Of a stretch of DNA of 64,000 nucleotides, positions 1 through 10,235 are shown piece by piece (position 1 is the first letter of the stretch; each line of letters opens with the position of its first letter). Location of the stretch: the NCBI GenBank assembly GCA_049287045.1, contig JBAQFC010000001.1, positions 3,309 to 67,308 on the forward strand. The letters run 5' to 3'. The notes below the pieces were generated by a model, which saw only the letters and a list, made by a program, of their open reading frames with translations, did not search any database and had not been told where the DNA came from. The DNA is from Minisyncoccia bacterium (GTDB taxonomy: Bacteria > Patescibacteriota > Minisyncoccia > Phycocordibacterales > UBA9973). A program made the translations under genes and the position numbers.

Positions 1-28
1 TTGGGTTTCTAAGGTTAGAAAACAGTTT

Positions 29-364
29 TTGTATTTCAACAGCCAGTTGGGTATAACTGTTTTCACTCCCAATGAATTGAGTGAATTTATTGGATGTATA
101 GTCCAGGACTCCCATAATATGAAAATGATTAAAGTTGCAGTAGCTGCTACTAAACACAAAGCGTATCTTGCAGAAGAGGCAAATTGTGAAGTAACAGTGA
201 TTGAAACCTTTACCGTTGAATTAAGAAAATCTTCAACGGACCCTACCCGAAACGTTTCAATTATTAATACTGTATTTAACGCTTTAGAAGTCAAAGGTAT
301 AACTGCCTCTGACATTCTGGATCTTGGTAATTTTACGCCAAGTAATGTTGTACAGACTTCATAA
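29..364 (+). CDS. hypothetical protein, possibly 5'-truncated by the window edge (the reading frame is open back to position 2)
   Basis: ORF track; no recognisable motif; followed by a hairpin terminator. Confidence 0.3.
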   Translation: MYFNSQLGITVFTPNELSEFIGCIVQDSHNMKMIKVAVAATKHKAYLAEEANCEVTVIETFTVELRKSSTDPTRNVSIINTVFNALEVKGITASDILDLGNFTPSNVVQTS

Positions 365-397
365 GAAACAAAAAAACACTGAGCCCGGACTCAGTAG

Positions 398-430
398 CCA
401 CCCCTTCACAAGATTGGGTGGTTTTTTATT
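398..430 (+). terminator. rho-independent terminator (ccaccc...gggtgg stem followed by a T-run)
   Basis: 6-bp GC stem plus TTTTTTATT, read directly. Confidence 0.5.
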
Positions 431-625
431 TGTCTTTACAGAACTCTTAAATAATGTTAAGATGTTTTAGTTATCTAGTTCTTTGAAAAATAATTTAAGT
501 AAATAGTTTGATTGTGAAAAGCACAGAAAGTATCAAATTTGGTATTCTGTGTGCTTTTCATAATCGGAAGTTATGTACATAGCCTAAACGACTTAGAAAG
601 TCGATAACTTAAAACTTAAATATAT

Positions 626-1264
626 ATGAGCAAGACAAAAACAGTGAATGATTCTACTAATGAAACATCAACAATAGCGGTTATTACATCTTCAGTTGAG
701 AAAGTAGTACTTTTTAATTTTAGCATTGCGGTATTAATTGGTAGATTAAATCTTGATTTATTAATTAATAAAATTAATACTGAAAATAAAAAAATGATTA
801 GATTTGGTCTTGATACTGTAAGACTTCAAGCAATTGTTAATTATTTTAAATTAACAAACAAGTTATCTCTTTCGAAAGAAGAAATAGCTTTATCTAATTA
901 TCACTACTTTATGTATTGTGTAGCAAATGGAATTAATGTGTTGGGATGGTTGGATAAAATATTTCCAGAATGTTTTGGAAATATTTTTAAAAACACCTCG
1001 CAATCATCTGAGATTATAAAACAAATGGAAGCACTTAAACTATTGATTGATGAAACTTTAAAAGACAAATCAATGCATTATAAGGAAATTGAAATTCCTT
1101 TTGATGCAGGAATGAATGCTTGGGCTAATAGATTCAAACAAGAGCATCCGAACACTGCAGAGTTTTTAGACGTAAAGTTCATTACTCTTGCGGAGCTTAG
1201 CGAATTCATTGAACATTTTATTCGTGATTATTCATTAATCACTAAGATGAATAAGATTAAGTAA
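626..1264 (+). CDS. hypothetical protein (212 aa), no recognisable domain
   Basis: ORF with ATG start; AT-rich lineage-specific composition. Confidence 0.4.
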   Translation: MSKTKTVNDSTNETSTIAVITSSVEKVVLFNFSIAVLIGRLNLDLLINKINTENKKMIRFGLDTVRLQAIVNYFKLTNKLSLSKEEIALSNYHYFMYCVANGINVLGWLDKIFPECFGNIFKNTSQSSEIIKQMEALKLLIDETLKDKSMHYKEIEIPFDAGMNAWANRFKQEHPNTAEFLDVKFITLAELSEFIEHFIRDYSLITKMNKIK

Positions 1265-1294
1265 AAATAACAAACGAAGTAGGACTCAGTAAAA

Positions 1295-1319
1295 CACCCA
1301 AACAATTGGGTGTTTTTTT
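1295..1319 (+). terminator. rho-independent terminator (cacccaa-acaa-ttgggtg plus T6) between convergent genes
   Basis: hairpin plus T-run read directly. Confidence 0.55.
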
Positions 1320-2529
1320 ATACTCGAATTTTAGATTCTGGGATTACGATATCCCAAAGTTTACCTGCAATGTTGTTTGGTTTACCAAAAAGGGGATAGT
1401 GATGAAGATCAATGAAAGGTAAACTATTTAATTCGATAATTCCAGAATGTTTTTCCTCAAACCAAGGCTTGGTCACATCTCCAATAATAAAATCAACTCC
1501 AACGAGAGGATTTTCTAAATAAGCACCTATTTTTTCAAGCATTTTAATATTTTCTGGATGTATTACGTCTGTCATTTCTGTTGTGGTCCCTCCACAACCT
1601 CGGCTTGTTTTTTGAGAGAAAGTTACATTTTGTCCTACATCAGGAATACTTTCCATATTTAATCCTTGTCGGTTGAGTTCTATTTCAGCTTCTCGGTCAA
1701 TTGTTATTTCATGAAAAACAGGACCTTGACGTTCAGGTCTTTTATTTTCTTCTTCCCAAAGTACTCGTACAGTACGCACACCATCACCCTTGATTGCTGG
1801 CTGGTCTCTTTTTATTACACCAACAAGTTTTCCACCTATTAAAGTCCCACGGAATAGATCACCCCGTAATTCTTCTTCGACAACAACAAAAGGAGAAAGT
1901 TTCCTCGCTTTTTTAAACCCAGAAACTAAAGCATCTGGTGTCTCAAGGTGAATCATTGTGTGTCTACTTCTTGATCCTAAATTAGGTTTAGTAATTACTG
2001 GCTTTGTAACTCTATTAAAAATATTAAGTGCTTGATTTGTACTCCAAGCGACTCCACCACCTGCAACAGGTATACCAATCTTTAAAAATTTCTTTTTCAT
2101 GATACCTTTATTGTCCATCCAGTTTAGTGATTTCGATTCTGATATTCCAGGTCTTGGTAAACCATCGAAACTAATAGTTTTGCCTTGATATTCAGCGATA
2201 AAAATATCTCTGATTGGTCCCATATGAAATTCTCTTACTTTTATTCCACGACTATTTGCTTCATCCCAAAAACATTTTGTGCGCCAAGTGTCTTTTTTAT
2301 CAAGTTCATCTGAAAAGTGAGCTAGTTTTAAAAATACCATTGATTTTATAAAAGGAATTGAAGCTTTACTGGAAATAGCTTCAGCTGTGCTTTTAAAAAC
2401 ATACTCCATAAAATTAAAAAATGGTTGATTTAACCAACCCAATACGACAGATGTATAGGCTATCCAATGTATTTCTTGTGCAGGTTCACAATCTTTGCAG
2501 TGTTTCATTCGAATAGTATAACAGAACAT
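1318..2529 (-). CDS. cyanophycin-synthetase-like ATP-grasp protein (CphA N-terminal half only, no Mur-ligase half)
   Basis: Blocks ITKPNLGSRSRHTMIHL, GTLIGGKLVGVIKRDQPAIKGDG, TDVIHPEN, GVDFIIGDVTKPW and IIELNSLPF align with the CphA ATP-grasp region; 403 aa; co-directional with and immediately downstream of comF. Confidence 0.7.
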   Translation of the reverse strand: MFCYTIRMKHCKDCEPAQEIHWIAYTSVVLGWLNQPFFNFMEYVFKSTAEAISSKASIPFIKSMVFLKLAHFSDELDKKDTWRTKCFWDEANSRGIKVREFHMGPIRDIFIAEYQGKTISFDGLPRPGISESKSLNWMDNKGIMKKKFLKIGIPVAGGGVAWSTNQALNIFNRVTKPVITKPNLGSRSRHTMIHLETPDALVSGFKKARKLSPFVVVEEELRGDLFRGTLIGGKLVGVIKRDQPAIKGDGVRTVRVLWEEENKRPERQGPVFHEITIDREAEIELNRQGLNMESIPDVGQNVTFSQKTSRGCGGTTTEMTDVIHPENIKMLEKIGAYLENPLVGVDFIIGDVTKPWFEEKHSGIIELNSLPFIDLHHYPLFGKPNNIAGKLWDIVIPESKIRV

Positions 2530-2531
2530 TT

Positions 2532-3191
2532 TTAATGTGCCACAGCGAATGCAATTATTTTCTTTGCTCCATTTTGTTTTAAAATCTTCCTCGCTTCATT
2601 TAATGTTGCACCAGTAGTAGTCACATCGTCTATTAATATTATATTTCTTCCTTTTATTTTTTCTGGATTCTTTATTGAAAAAGAATCAATAATATTTTTC
2701 AAACGTTCATTTCTATTTTCAATCTTGGCTTGGTGTTTTGTATCTTTTAATTTTACTAAAACATTATTCTCTAGTTCAAAATTTTTATCTGTATTATTTT
2801 TATCTATTTTAATTAATTTATTACAAATAAGTTCTGTTTGATTGAAGCCACGTTCACGTTTACGTTTCGGTGCCAGTGGGATAGGAATCAAGATAGGTTT
2901 ACGAAAATTTTCCATCACAAATAAATCCGAAAGTTCCTCGATAATACGCCCATATAAAACTTCTGCAAAAATATTTGCCAGTCTAAATTTACCTTTATAT
3001 TTTAGAAGCCATATTGCTTTCTTGATTGGTGGGTGTCGGTAGTCATAAAGAGGGAATATCCACTTTGTGGTCTCACGTTCCGCTTCCGGGGATTCTTTTA
3101 AGCATTTAAAACATAAATCTTCTCCACTTTTGCCACAAGATATACAATTCACAGGAAAAATAATATTTAGTAATGTGTTAAAAAAAATCAT
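2532..3191 (-). CDS. comF: competence protein ComF (phosphoribosyltransferase-fold, N-terminal Cys4 zinc finger)
   Basis: N-terminal CISCG...CFKC plus C-terminal PRTase motif ILIDDVTTTGATL. Confidence 0.85.
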   Translation of the reverse strand: MIFFNTLLNIIFPVNCISCGKSGEDLCFKCLKESPEAERETTKWIFPLYDYRHPPIKKAIWLLKYKGKFRLANIFAEVLYGRIIEELSDLFVMENFRKPILIPIPLAPKRKRERGFNQTELICNKLIKIDKNNTDKNFELENNVLVKLKDTKHQAKIENRNERLKNIIDSFSIKNPEKIKGRNIILIDDVTTTGATLNEARKILKQNGAKKIIAFAVAH

Positions 3192-3203
3192 ATATGATAT
3201 AAT
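3191..3203 (+). promoter_or_regulatory. extended -10 element TATATGATATAAT upstream of pilM
   Basis: TGn-TATAAT; the same 13-mer recurs at 10796 and 19373. Confidence 0.4.
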
Positions 3204-3223
3204 TATAAGCGTAATTCAAGAAA

Positions 3224-4351
3224 ATGGACAATCCTTTTAAAAAACTTTTCTCAAATATAACCTTGTTCGGAGGTGGTTTAAGTGATACTGCTGTCGGTAT
3301 AGACATCGGTTCTTCGTCGATCAAAGTCGTTGAGATCAGAAGAAAAGGAGGGAAGGCGGTACTTGAGACTTATGGGGCTATCGCATTGGGGCCGTATGCT
3401 GATATAGATATTGGCCGTGTTACCAATCTTCCTGCTGAAAAAATAGTTGAGGCATTGAAAGAAGTCTTGAAAGCTTCAGGTGTTACAACATCTTCAGTCG
3501 CTCTTTCGATTCCAGTACAATCAAGTCTTATTTTTACTGTTGAACTTCCTGCACAGGTCAAACAAAGCGAACTGTCTACTATCATTCCAACTGAAGCAAG
3601 AAAATACATTCCTGTTCCGATTACAGAAGTTTCTCTTGACTGGTTTCTTATTCCTAAGAAAGAAGCCTCTTTTGAAGAAGCAAATAATCCTGATTTACTG
3701 CCTACTGCTGTTGAAAAAACAGAAGTATTAGTCGTAGCAATTCAAAATGATGCAGTTTCTAAATACCGTTCACTCGTTTCTCAGTGTTCACTTGAAGCAG
3801 GTTTCTTTGAAATTGAAATTTTTTCTTCTATTCGTGCCAATTTTGAACATGAGCTTTCACCTGTCCTCTTGATGGACTTTGGTGCTTCACGTACAAAACT
3901 TTCAATCGTCGAGTTTGGCACAGTCAGAGGTTTTCATACGATAAATCGAGGAGCAGCAGACATAACTGACTCTATTTCTAAATCTTTAAGTATTCCTTTT
4001 TCTAAAGCCGAAGAAATGAAAAAAGAGTTTGGACTTTTTGGAAGCCCCATAGAAAAAAACTTGGCTGATATAATAAAAATTCACACTGACTATATCTTTT
4101 CAGAAACTAATAATGTATTATTAGGGTATGAGAAGAAATATAATCGGACGATCAGCAAGGTTATACTCTCGGGTGGCGGTTCTCTCTTAAAAGGTCTCTC
4201 AGAAACAGCATCAGGAAACTTCCGTGCAGAAATAAAAACAGGAAATCCTTTTTCAAAAATTGGCGCACCTGAATTTTTAGGAAAAGTTCTCGAAGCAACA
4301 GGCCCTGAATTCGCGATAGCTTTAGGTTTGGCTTTACGAAAATTACAATAG
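3224..4351 (+). CDS. pilM: type IV pilus assembly protein PilM (actin-like ATPase fold)
   Basis: N-terminal GIDIGSSSIKVVEI motif; position at the head of the pilMNO operon. Confidence 0.9.
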   Translation: MDNPFKKLFSNITLFGGGLSDTAVGIDIGSSSIKVVEIRRKGGKAVLETYGAIALGPYADIDIGRVTNLPAEKIVEALKEVLKASGVTTSSVALSIPVQSSLIFTVELPAQVKQSELSTIIPTEARKYIPVPITEVSLDWFLIPKKEASFEEANNPDLLPTAVEKTEVLVVAIQNDAVSKYRSLVSQCSLEAGFFEIEIFSSIRANFEHELSPVLLMDFGASRTKLSIVEFGTVRGFHTINRGAADITDSISKSLSIPFSKAEEMKKEFGLFGSPIEKNLADIIKIHTDYIFSETNNVLLGYEKKYNRTISKVILSGGGSLLKGLSETASGNFRAEIKTGNPFSKIGAPEFLGKVLEATGPEFAIALGLALRKLQ

Positions 4352-4371
4352 GTGAGATAATATAACTATAT

Positions 4372-4989
4372 ATGGAGCAAGATTTTCAAACATCATTCAT
4401 ACCCAAGAAGCCGATGCTCGAAGAGAGGGCAGCAGCTTCGCGTCCTGTTGGTCTTTTGACTATTCTTTCTATTTTCATTTTTATTTCTGTTGTTTTAGCT
4501 ACAGGTGGTCTTTATTTATACAAAGGAATTCTTTCAAAGAATATTCTTGAAATGAAGAGCAACCTTAACCTAGCCCAAGGACGTCTTGAACGTACTAAAA
4601 TAAGTGAACTTCAATTATTGGATACGCGTTTACGTTCTTCAAGTGAGATCCTTAGAAATCATATTGCTATATCTCCAATTTTCAATGCTTTAACAAAATC
4701 AACTTTAAAAAATGTTAGATATACAAAGTTTAGTTACGATTTAGGTACTGGCAAAACTCCTGTCGTAAATGTAAAAATGACTGGTCAAGCTGTTGGATAC
4801 CGTTCTATTGCACTACAGGCTGATATTTTTTCTAAAACAGCGCCATATTTAATTGATCCTGTTTTTTCCAACCTTTCTTTAGATGATAAGACAAGTAATG
4901 TCCTTTTTGATTTAGCGTTTTCGGTCGATCCTACATTTGTAGATTACAAGGAAATGCTCGCGACACAGAGCAGTAACACACAAAATTAA
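4372..4989 (+). CDS. pilN: PilN-like pilus assembly protein (N-terminal TM helix plus coiled coil)
   Basis: single TM after a short cytoplasmic N-terminus; synteny after pilM. Confidence 0.6.
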   Translation: MEQDFQTSFIPKKPMLEERAAASRPVGLLTILSIFIFISVVLATGGLYLYKGILSKNILEMKSNLNLAQGRLERTKISELQLLDTRLRSSSEILRNHIAISPIFNALTKSTLKNVRYTKFSYDLGTGKTPVVNVKMTGQAVGYRSIALQADIFSKTAPYLIDPVFSNLSLDDKTSNVLFDLAFSVDPTFVDYKEMLATQSSNTQN

Positions 4990-4991
4990 TT

Positions 4992-5600
4992 ATGTTTAGA
5001 TTTATTGCACCAGCCATCTTAATAGGAGTCGCAGCTACAGGTTTTTTTATGTTTACTATTCCGTTTTATGGTGAGATTACATCTTCAAAAGCTGAAGTGT
5101 TGTCTTACAATGAGGCGTTGGATAATTCTAAAATCCTTGAAGCTAAGCGAGATGAGTTGACTGCAAAACTTAACACAATTGATCCAAATAACTTAGTAAG
5201 ATTACAAAAATTACTTCCTGACAGTGTAGATAATATTCGTCTTATTTTGGAAATTGAACAAATTTCCAAACCATATGGAATGGTCTTAAAAGATGTAAAA
5301 TATGATGCAGTCATCAAAGAAGCCGCAGCACAAACATCAGGAGCGGTTCAAGGAGGGGTTGCTAGTACTGAAGTACGAAAAGATTATGGAACTTGGAACT
5401 TAGAATTTTCTACTCAGGGAACCTACTCAAATTTCATTAATTTTGTAAAAGATTTAGAAAGTAATCTAAGAATTGTAGATATATCATCAATTCAATTTTC
5501 TTCTGATACACCTGGTGGAGCCTCTGCTTTGTCTTTATCTAATCCTTCTGATTCTTATAAATATGGATTTAAAATTAAAACTTATTGGCTGAAAAATTAA
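4992..5600 (+). CDS. pilO: PilO-like pilus assembly protein
   Basis: N-terminal TM plus coiled coil; synteny. Confidence 0.55.
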   Translation: MFRFIAPAILIGVAATGFFMFTIPFYGEITSSKAEVLSYNEALDNSKILEAKRDELTAKLNTIDPNNLVRLQKLLPDSVDNIRLILEIEQISKPYGMVLKDVKYDAVIKEAAAQTSGAVQGGVASTEVRKDYGTWNLEFSTQGTYSNFINFVKDLESNLRIVDISSIQFSSDTPGGASALSLSNPSDSYKYGFKIKTYWLKN

Positions 5601-5601
5601 T

Positions 5602-6018
5602 ATGTCATCTACAATAAAAAACATAATAATACTTGTAGTTGTGGCGATAGTCCTTGTTTTAGTTTACATTTTTTTCTTAAAACCTGCCCCAGAACAAGCA
5701 CCTTTAACTACATCATCTGGCGCACCAGTTACTGCCACTGTAACCAGTGACCCTATAACAGGAAGCGAATTCCTTGCAGTTCTTTTGAGTGTAAAAAGCT
5801 TAAGACTTGATGATGCTATTTTTTCTGATCCAGCTTATATTTCTTTGCATGATTCTAGTATTGAACTTATTACTGATACCACAGAGGGGAGACCAAATCC
5901 TTTTGCCCCGATTGGTTCAGATGTTTCTACTGTACCTATTAATACTCTAGCTCCTACTTCTACAACAACCACTATCGTCCCTACAACTACAACCACCACT
6001 ACAAAAATAACACCTTAA
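5602..6018 (+). CDS. small membrane-anchored protein with Thr-rich C-terminal tail (PilP-position protein)
   Basis: N-terminal TM; low-complexity TTTTIVPTTTTTTTK tail; sits between pilO and pilB. Confidence 0.3.
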   Translation: MSSTIKNIIILVVVAIVLVLVYIFFLKPAPEQAPLTTSSGAPVTATVTSDPITGSEFLAVLLSVKSLRLDDAIFSDPAYISLHDSSIELITDTTEGRPNPFAPIGSDVSTVPINTLAPTSTTTTIVPTTTTTTTKITP

Positions 6019-6025
6019 TTATATT

Positions 6026-7777
6026 ATGAGCTTCTTAGAAGAATTAGTTAAAAAAGGCATAATAACTGAAATCCAGATAGGGGAAATTAAAAATCGCGCA
6101 AAAGAAAAGCACGATGGTGATGTTGATGCAGCTTTGATTGAATCAGGAATTCCAGAAGATCAAATTCTAGAAATAAAAGGAGAATATTTTAAAATACCAA
6201 CTAAAAAAGTAAATGCTAGAGCACTTTCTTTTGATGCTCTTAAATACATACCTGAAGATTCTGCAACTCATTACAGTTTCGTTCCTCTAAGCTTGAAAGA
6301 AGAAATATTAGAAGTTGGTGTAACTGACCCAGAAAATATTCAAGCAATGGATGCATTGCAATTCATTTCTGCAAACATTGGTATACCTTTCAAAATTTTT
6401 CTTATTTCAAAAACTGATTATAAGAGTGTAATGGAAAATTACAAAGGTATCTCAAGCCAAGTAGATGAAGCACTTGAAGAATTAAGTGAAGATGAATCCT
6501 TGGATTCAAAAAGTTTAGGTGATGCTTCAAAATTAGGCAAAGACATAAAAAATGCAAAGCCTGGCGAAGAGGCTAAAATTGTGGAAGATGCGCCTGTGAT
6601 AAAAATTGTCGCGGTGATATTACGTAATGCCATAGAGGGTGGTGCGTCTGATATACATATTGAAAACACAGGAGAAAAAGTAAAAATTCGTTATCGTGTG
6701 GATGGATCACTTCATACTACTTTGGTTTTACCTACCAATGTCTATAGTGGAATAGTTGCTCGTGTAAAAATTCTTTCCAAATTACGATTGGACGAAAAAA
6801 GAAAACCTCAAGACGGATCTTTTAGTACTACTTTTGATGGCCGAAAAATTGATTTTCGTGTTTCTACAATGCCCGCTTATTATGGTGAGAAGATTGTTAT
6901 GCGTATTTTGGATTCTGAAAAAGGAGTAAAACCCTTAGATCAATTGGGCTTATCAAAAACAAATCTTAGTATTCTTAGAGAAGCAATAAAAAGACCTTAC
7001 GGACTTATCCTTATCACCGGACCGACCGGTTCTGGAAAATCAACAACTCTTTATTCAATGATGAATGAACTAGATAAAGAGAAAAGTAATATCGTGTCCT
7101 TGGAAGATCCTGTGGAGTATCACATGCCTGATATTAACCAATCACAAATGATGCCAGAGATAGGGTATACCTTTGCATCAGGTCTGCGCTCAATTCTCCG
7201 TCAAGACCCAGATGTGATAATGGTAGGAGAAATCCGAGATAAAGAAACAGCTCAGCTTGCGATTCAGGCGGCTTTGACAGGTCACCTTGTTTTGTCGACG
7301 CTTCACACAAACTCTGCTATTGGTGCTATTCCTCGTCTTGTTGATATGGGAGTTGATCCATACCTTATTGCTCCTACTTTAGTTCTTTCAGTAGCACAAC
7401 GTCTAGCAAGAGCAACTTGTCCTTCTTCTAGAAAACTTGTTCCAATGGATCAAAGTATTCGAATTCAAATAGAAGAACAAATGAAAGATCTTCCAGAAGA
7501 ATTTAAAAAAGATTTTAAAATTAAAGATGAAATGTATGAGACTATACCTTCTCCAGAATGTCCCGCTGGTACACGTGGACGTGTTGCAGTATATGAAATG
7601 TTTAAAGTAGATAAAGAAATGCAAGGTGTTATACTAAAAAGTCCTATTGATTCTGAAATTTACAAAGTTGCTCGAAGAAAAGGGATGTTGATGATGCGTG
7701 AAGATGCAATGCTTAAAGCCATGGAGGGTATTATTCCTTTTCAAGAGGTATACAACTTTAGTAATGAAAATGAGTAA
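6026..7777 (+). CDS. pilB: type IV pilus assembly ATPase PilB (GspE family)
   Basis: Walker A GPTGSGKSTTLYS; GspE N-domain; tetracysteine CPSS...CPAGTRGR. Confidence 0.9.
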   Translation: MSFLEELVKKGIITEIQIGEIKNRAKEKHDGDVDAALIESGIPEDQILEIKGEYFKIPTKKVNARALSFDALKYIPEDSATHYSFVPLSLKEEILEVGVTDPENIQAMDALQFISANIGIPFKIFLISKTDYKSVMENYKGISSQVDEALEELSEDESLDSKSLGDASKLGKDIKNAKPGEEAKIVEDAPVIKIVAVILRNAIEGGASDIHIENTGEKVKIRYRVDGSLHTTLVLPTNVYSGIVARVKILSKLRLDEKRKPQDGSFSTTFDGRKIDFRVSTMPAYYGEKIVMRILDSEKGVKPLDQLGLSKTNLSILREAIKRPYGLILITGPTGSGKSTTLYSMMNELDKEKSNIVSLEDPVEYHMPDINQSQMMPEIGYTFASGLRSILRQDPDVIMVGEIRDKETAQLAIQAALTGHLVLSTLHTNSAIGAIPRLVDMGVDPYLIAPTLVLSVAQRLARATCPSSRKLVPMDQSIRIQIEEQMKDLPEEFKKDFKIKDEMYETIPSPECPAGTRGRVAVYEMFKVDKEMQGVILKSPIDSEIYKVARRKGMLMMREDAMLKAMEGIIPFQEVYNFSNENE

Positions 7778-7851
7778 GTTTCTTTAATGCTATATCATAA
7801 AAAGTGTTTTTAGAATATAATTAATATATTATCATTTATTAAATTTTACAC

Positions 7852-8913
7852 GTGATGGATTATAAAAAAGAACTCGAAGATCTTATCCTAACTATTATCC
7901 GCGAAAGCGGTTCTGATTTGCATTTGGGTGGTGGCCGAGTACCGGTCATTCGTATTACTGGTGAACTAATTTTTTTAGTGAAGCATCCAGTTTTTACAAA
8001 AGAAGATATGATTGGAATTTTGAGTGAAGTTCTTGATCCTGTAAAACTTGCTAAATTTTTAGAAAAGAAAGAAATAGACTTCTCTTATGATTTCAGAGGG
8101 GAAGCTAGACTTCGAGGAAATGCTTTTTTCCAAAAAGGACTGATTAGTATTGCTTTTAGACTTGTTCCAGTAGTCAAACCTTTATCTGATTTACGCTTAC
8201 CTCAAATAATTGCCGATTTAACTAGAAAGAAACAAGGATTTTTCTTGGTAGTCGGACCGGTAGGGCAAGGTAAATCTACTACTTTGTCTGCTATGATTAA
8301 TCTGATTAACAATGAGCAAGCACGTCATATTGTTACAATCGAAGATCCAATCGAGCATGTTTATACTCCAAATAAATCAATCATTGACCAACGTGAAGTT
8401 GGTGTTGATACGGAAGATTTTCATATTGCTTTAAAATCTGTTTTCCGTGAAGATGTGAACGTAATTATGATCGGTGAAATGCGCAATGTTGATACTATTT
8501 CGACAGCAGTCACTGCCGCTGAGACAGGTCACCTTGTTTTATCAACACTTCATACTAATAATGCTTCACAAACCATTGATCGTATTATTGATTCTTTTCC
8601 AGGCAATCAACAGGACCAAATAAGAATCCAACTCGCATCTAGTTTGCTTGGTATTTTCTCTCAAAGACTTATTCCAAGAATTGCCGGTGGTCTTGTTCCT
8701 GCTTATGAGCTTCTTTTAAATAACAACGCTGTTTCGAATTTAATTCGAGAAAAACGCACACATGAAATCGATGTGGTTATCGAAACCGGAATGGAAAGCG
8801 GAATGGTTGATTTAAATCGATCTCTTCTTGAACTTGTTCGAGCCGGTGAGATTTCAATTGAAAATGCTTATCAATATTCACTGAACCCAAAAGCATTAGA
8901 ACGAATGATTTAG
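7852..8913 (+). CDS. pilT: twitching-motility / retraction ATPase PilT
   Basis: GPVGQGKSTTL Walker A; PilT-length protein; AIRESGSDLHL N-terminal motif. Confidence 0.9.
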   Translation: MMDYKKELEDLILTIIRESGSDLHLGGGRVPVIRITGELIFLVKHPVFTKEDMIGILSEVLDPVKLAKFLEKKEIDFSYDFRGEARLRGNAFFQKGLISIAFRLVPVVKPLSDLRLPQIIADLTRKKQGFFLVVGPVGQGKSTTLSAMINLINNEQARHIVTIEDPIEHVYTPNKSIIDQREVGVDTEDFHIALKSVFREDVNVIMIGEMRNVDTISTAVTAAETGHLVLSTLHTNNASQTIDRIIDSFPGNQQDQIRIQLASSLLGIFSQRLIPRIAGGLVPAYELLLNNNAVSNLIREKRTHEIDVVIETGMESGMVDLNRSLLELVRAGEISIENAYQYSLNPKALERMI

Positions 8914-8932
8914 TAATTAATATTGTAATATT

Positions 8933-10141
8933 ATGTTATTTAAATATAAATCAGTAGATGATAAAGGAATAAAAAGAGATGGTTCGATTGATGCCGCGAG
9001 TCGTGATATGGCGATAAGTGGTCTTCAGCGTAGAGGACTCATTATTACTTCCATTGAAGAAGAAAAAGAAAATGGAGGTTCTATTTTGAAACTTTCTTTT
9101 TTAAATAAAATTTCAACAAGAGATGTTGTGGTTCTTTCTCGTCAGATTTCAACTTTGTTTGAATCTCAGGTATCAGCTTTGAAAGCTTTTACAATGCTTG
9201 CTACAAACGCTGAAAATAAATTATTGAGTAGTAAGCTCATAAAAATAAGTGATGATCTTCAAGCAGGTATTTCTATTTCTGGTGCATTAGCAAAACACCC
9301 TGATGTTTTTTCTGATTTTTATGTAAACATGGTCAAGGTTGGTGAAGAGACTGGAAAATTAAATCAAACCTTTTCTCATTTAGCTGATTATTTAGATCGT
9401 CAATATGCTCTTACTTCCAAAACTAAAAATGCTCTTATATACCCGGCCTTTGTTGTCGGTACCTTCTTTGTGGTTATGGGACTTATGTTTGTAGTTGTTA
9501 TCCCAAAATTGTCTGCCATTATTCTTGATTCCGGACAAGATCCTCCCATCTATACCAAGATTGTTATTGCTATGTCTAACTTCTTTGTTCATTATGGTTT
9601 CATTCTTTTGATCTTTATGGTGCTTATGGGTGTTTGGTTTTGGAGACTTTCTTCAACTGATAAAGGTAAGGAATATATTGATAAAATAAGTTTGTCGATT
9701 CCAGCAGTAGGAAACCTTTATCAAAAATTGTACTTATCTCGAATCGCTGACAACTTAGACACAATGCTTACTTCTGGTATTCCAATCGTAAGAGCTATCG
9801 ATATTACTTCTGAAGTTGTTGGTAGTAAGGTTTATAGACAAATCTTAAAGGAAGCAGCTGATGGAGTGAAGTCGGGTTTGGCCCTCTCGGCTGCCTTTGA
9901 AAAACATAAGGAAATACCAGGAATTATGGTTCAGATGGTTAAAGTTGGTGAAGAAACAGGTGCCTTGGGTTCAATTTTAAAAACCCTGTCTGATTTCTAT
10001 AAAAGAGAGGTGGACGATGCTGTTGACACTTTGGTCGGACTGATTGAACCAGTTATGATCGTGGTATTAGGTCTAGGTGTCGGAATGCTTTTAGTTTCTG
10101 TCTTAATGCCGATTTACAATCTAGCTGGTGGTATAGAGTAG
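8933..10141 (+). CDS. pilC: type IV pilus inner-membrane platform protein PilC (GspF family)
   Basis: duplicated GspF domains with VKVGEETG motifs, three TM segments. Confidence 0.9.
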   Translation: MLFKYKSVDDKGIKRDGSIDAASRDMAISGLQRRGLIITSIEEEKENGGSILKLSFLNKISTRDVVVLSRQISTLFESQVSALKAFTMLATNAENKLLSSKLIKISDDLQAGISISGALAKHPDVFSDFYVNMVKVGEETGKLNQTFSHLADYLDRQYALTSKTKNALIYPAFVVGTFFVVMGLMFVVVIPKLSAIILDSGQDPPIYTKIVIAMSNFFVHYGFILLIFMVLMGVWFWRLSSTDKGKEYIDKISLSIPAVGNLYQKLYLSRIADNLDTMLTSGIPIVRAIDITSEVVGSKVYRQILKEAADGVKSGLALSAAFEKHKEIPGIMVQMVKVGEETGALGSILKTLSDFYKREVDDAVDTLVGLIEPVMIVVLGLGVGMLLVSVLMPIYNLAGGIE

Positions 10142-10145
10142 ACTG

Positions 10146-10175
10146 TTGATATCTTTTAAACGTTTGTGATATAAT
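10146..10175 (+). promoter_or_regulatory. sigma70-type promoter upstream of the major pilin (TTGATA, 18-bp spacer, TGTGATATAAT)
   Basis: -35/-10 hexamers read directly. Confidence 0.45.
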
Positions 10176-10235
10176 TAGAAAATTATAAGTCGAATTAACA
10201 AATTCATGGCTAGGCTATGAATAAAAATTAAAAAA

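Noticed and set aside
8221-8240. gtcggaccgg inside pilT resembling the AAGGTCGGACCTT palindrome
   Set aside because: Only a 7-8 nt partial match encoding the Walker-A VGPV, which is coincidental.
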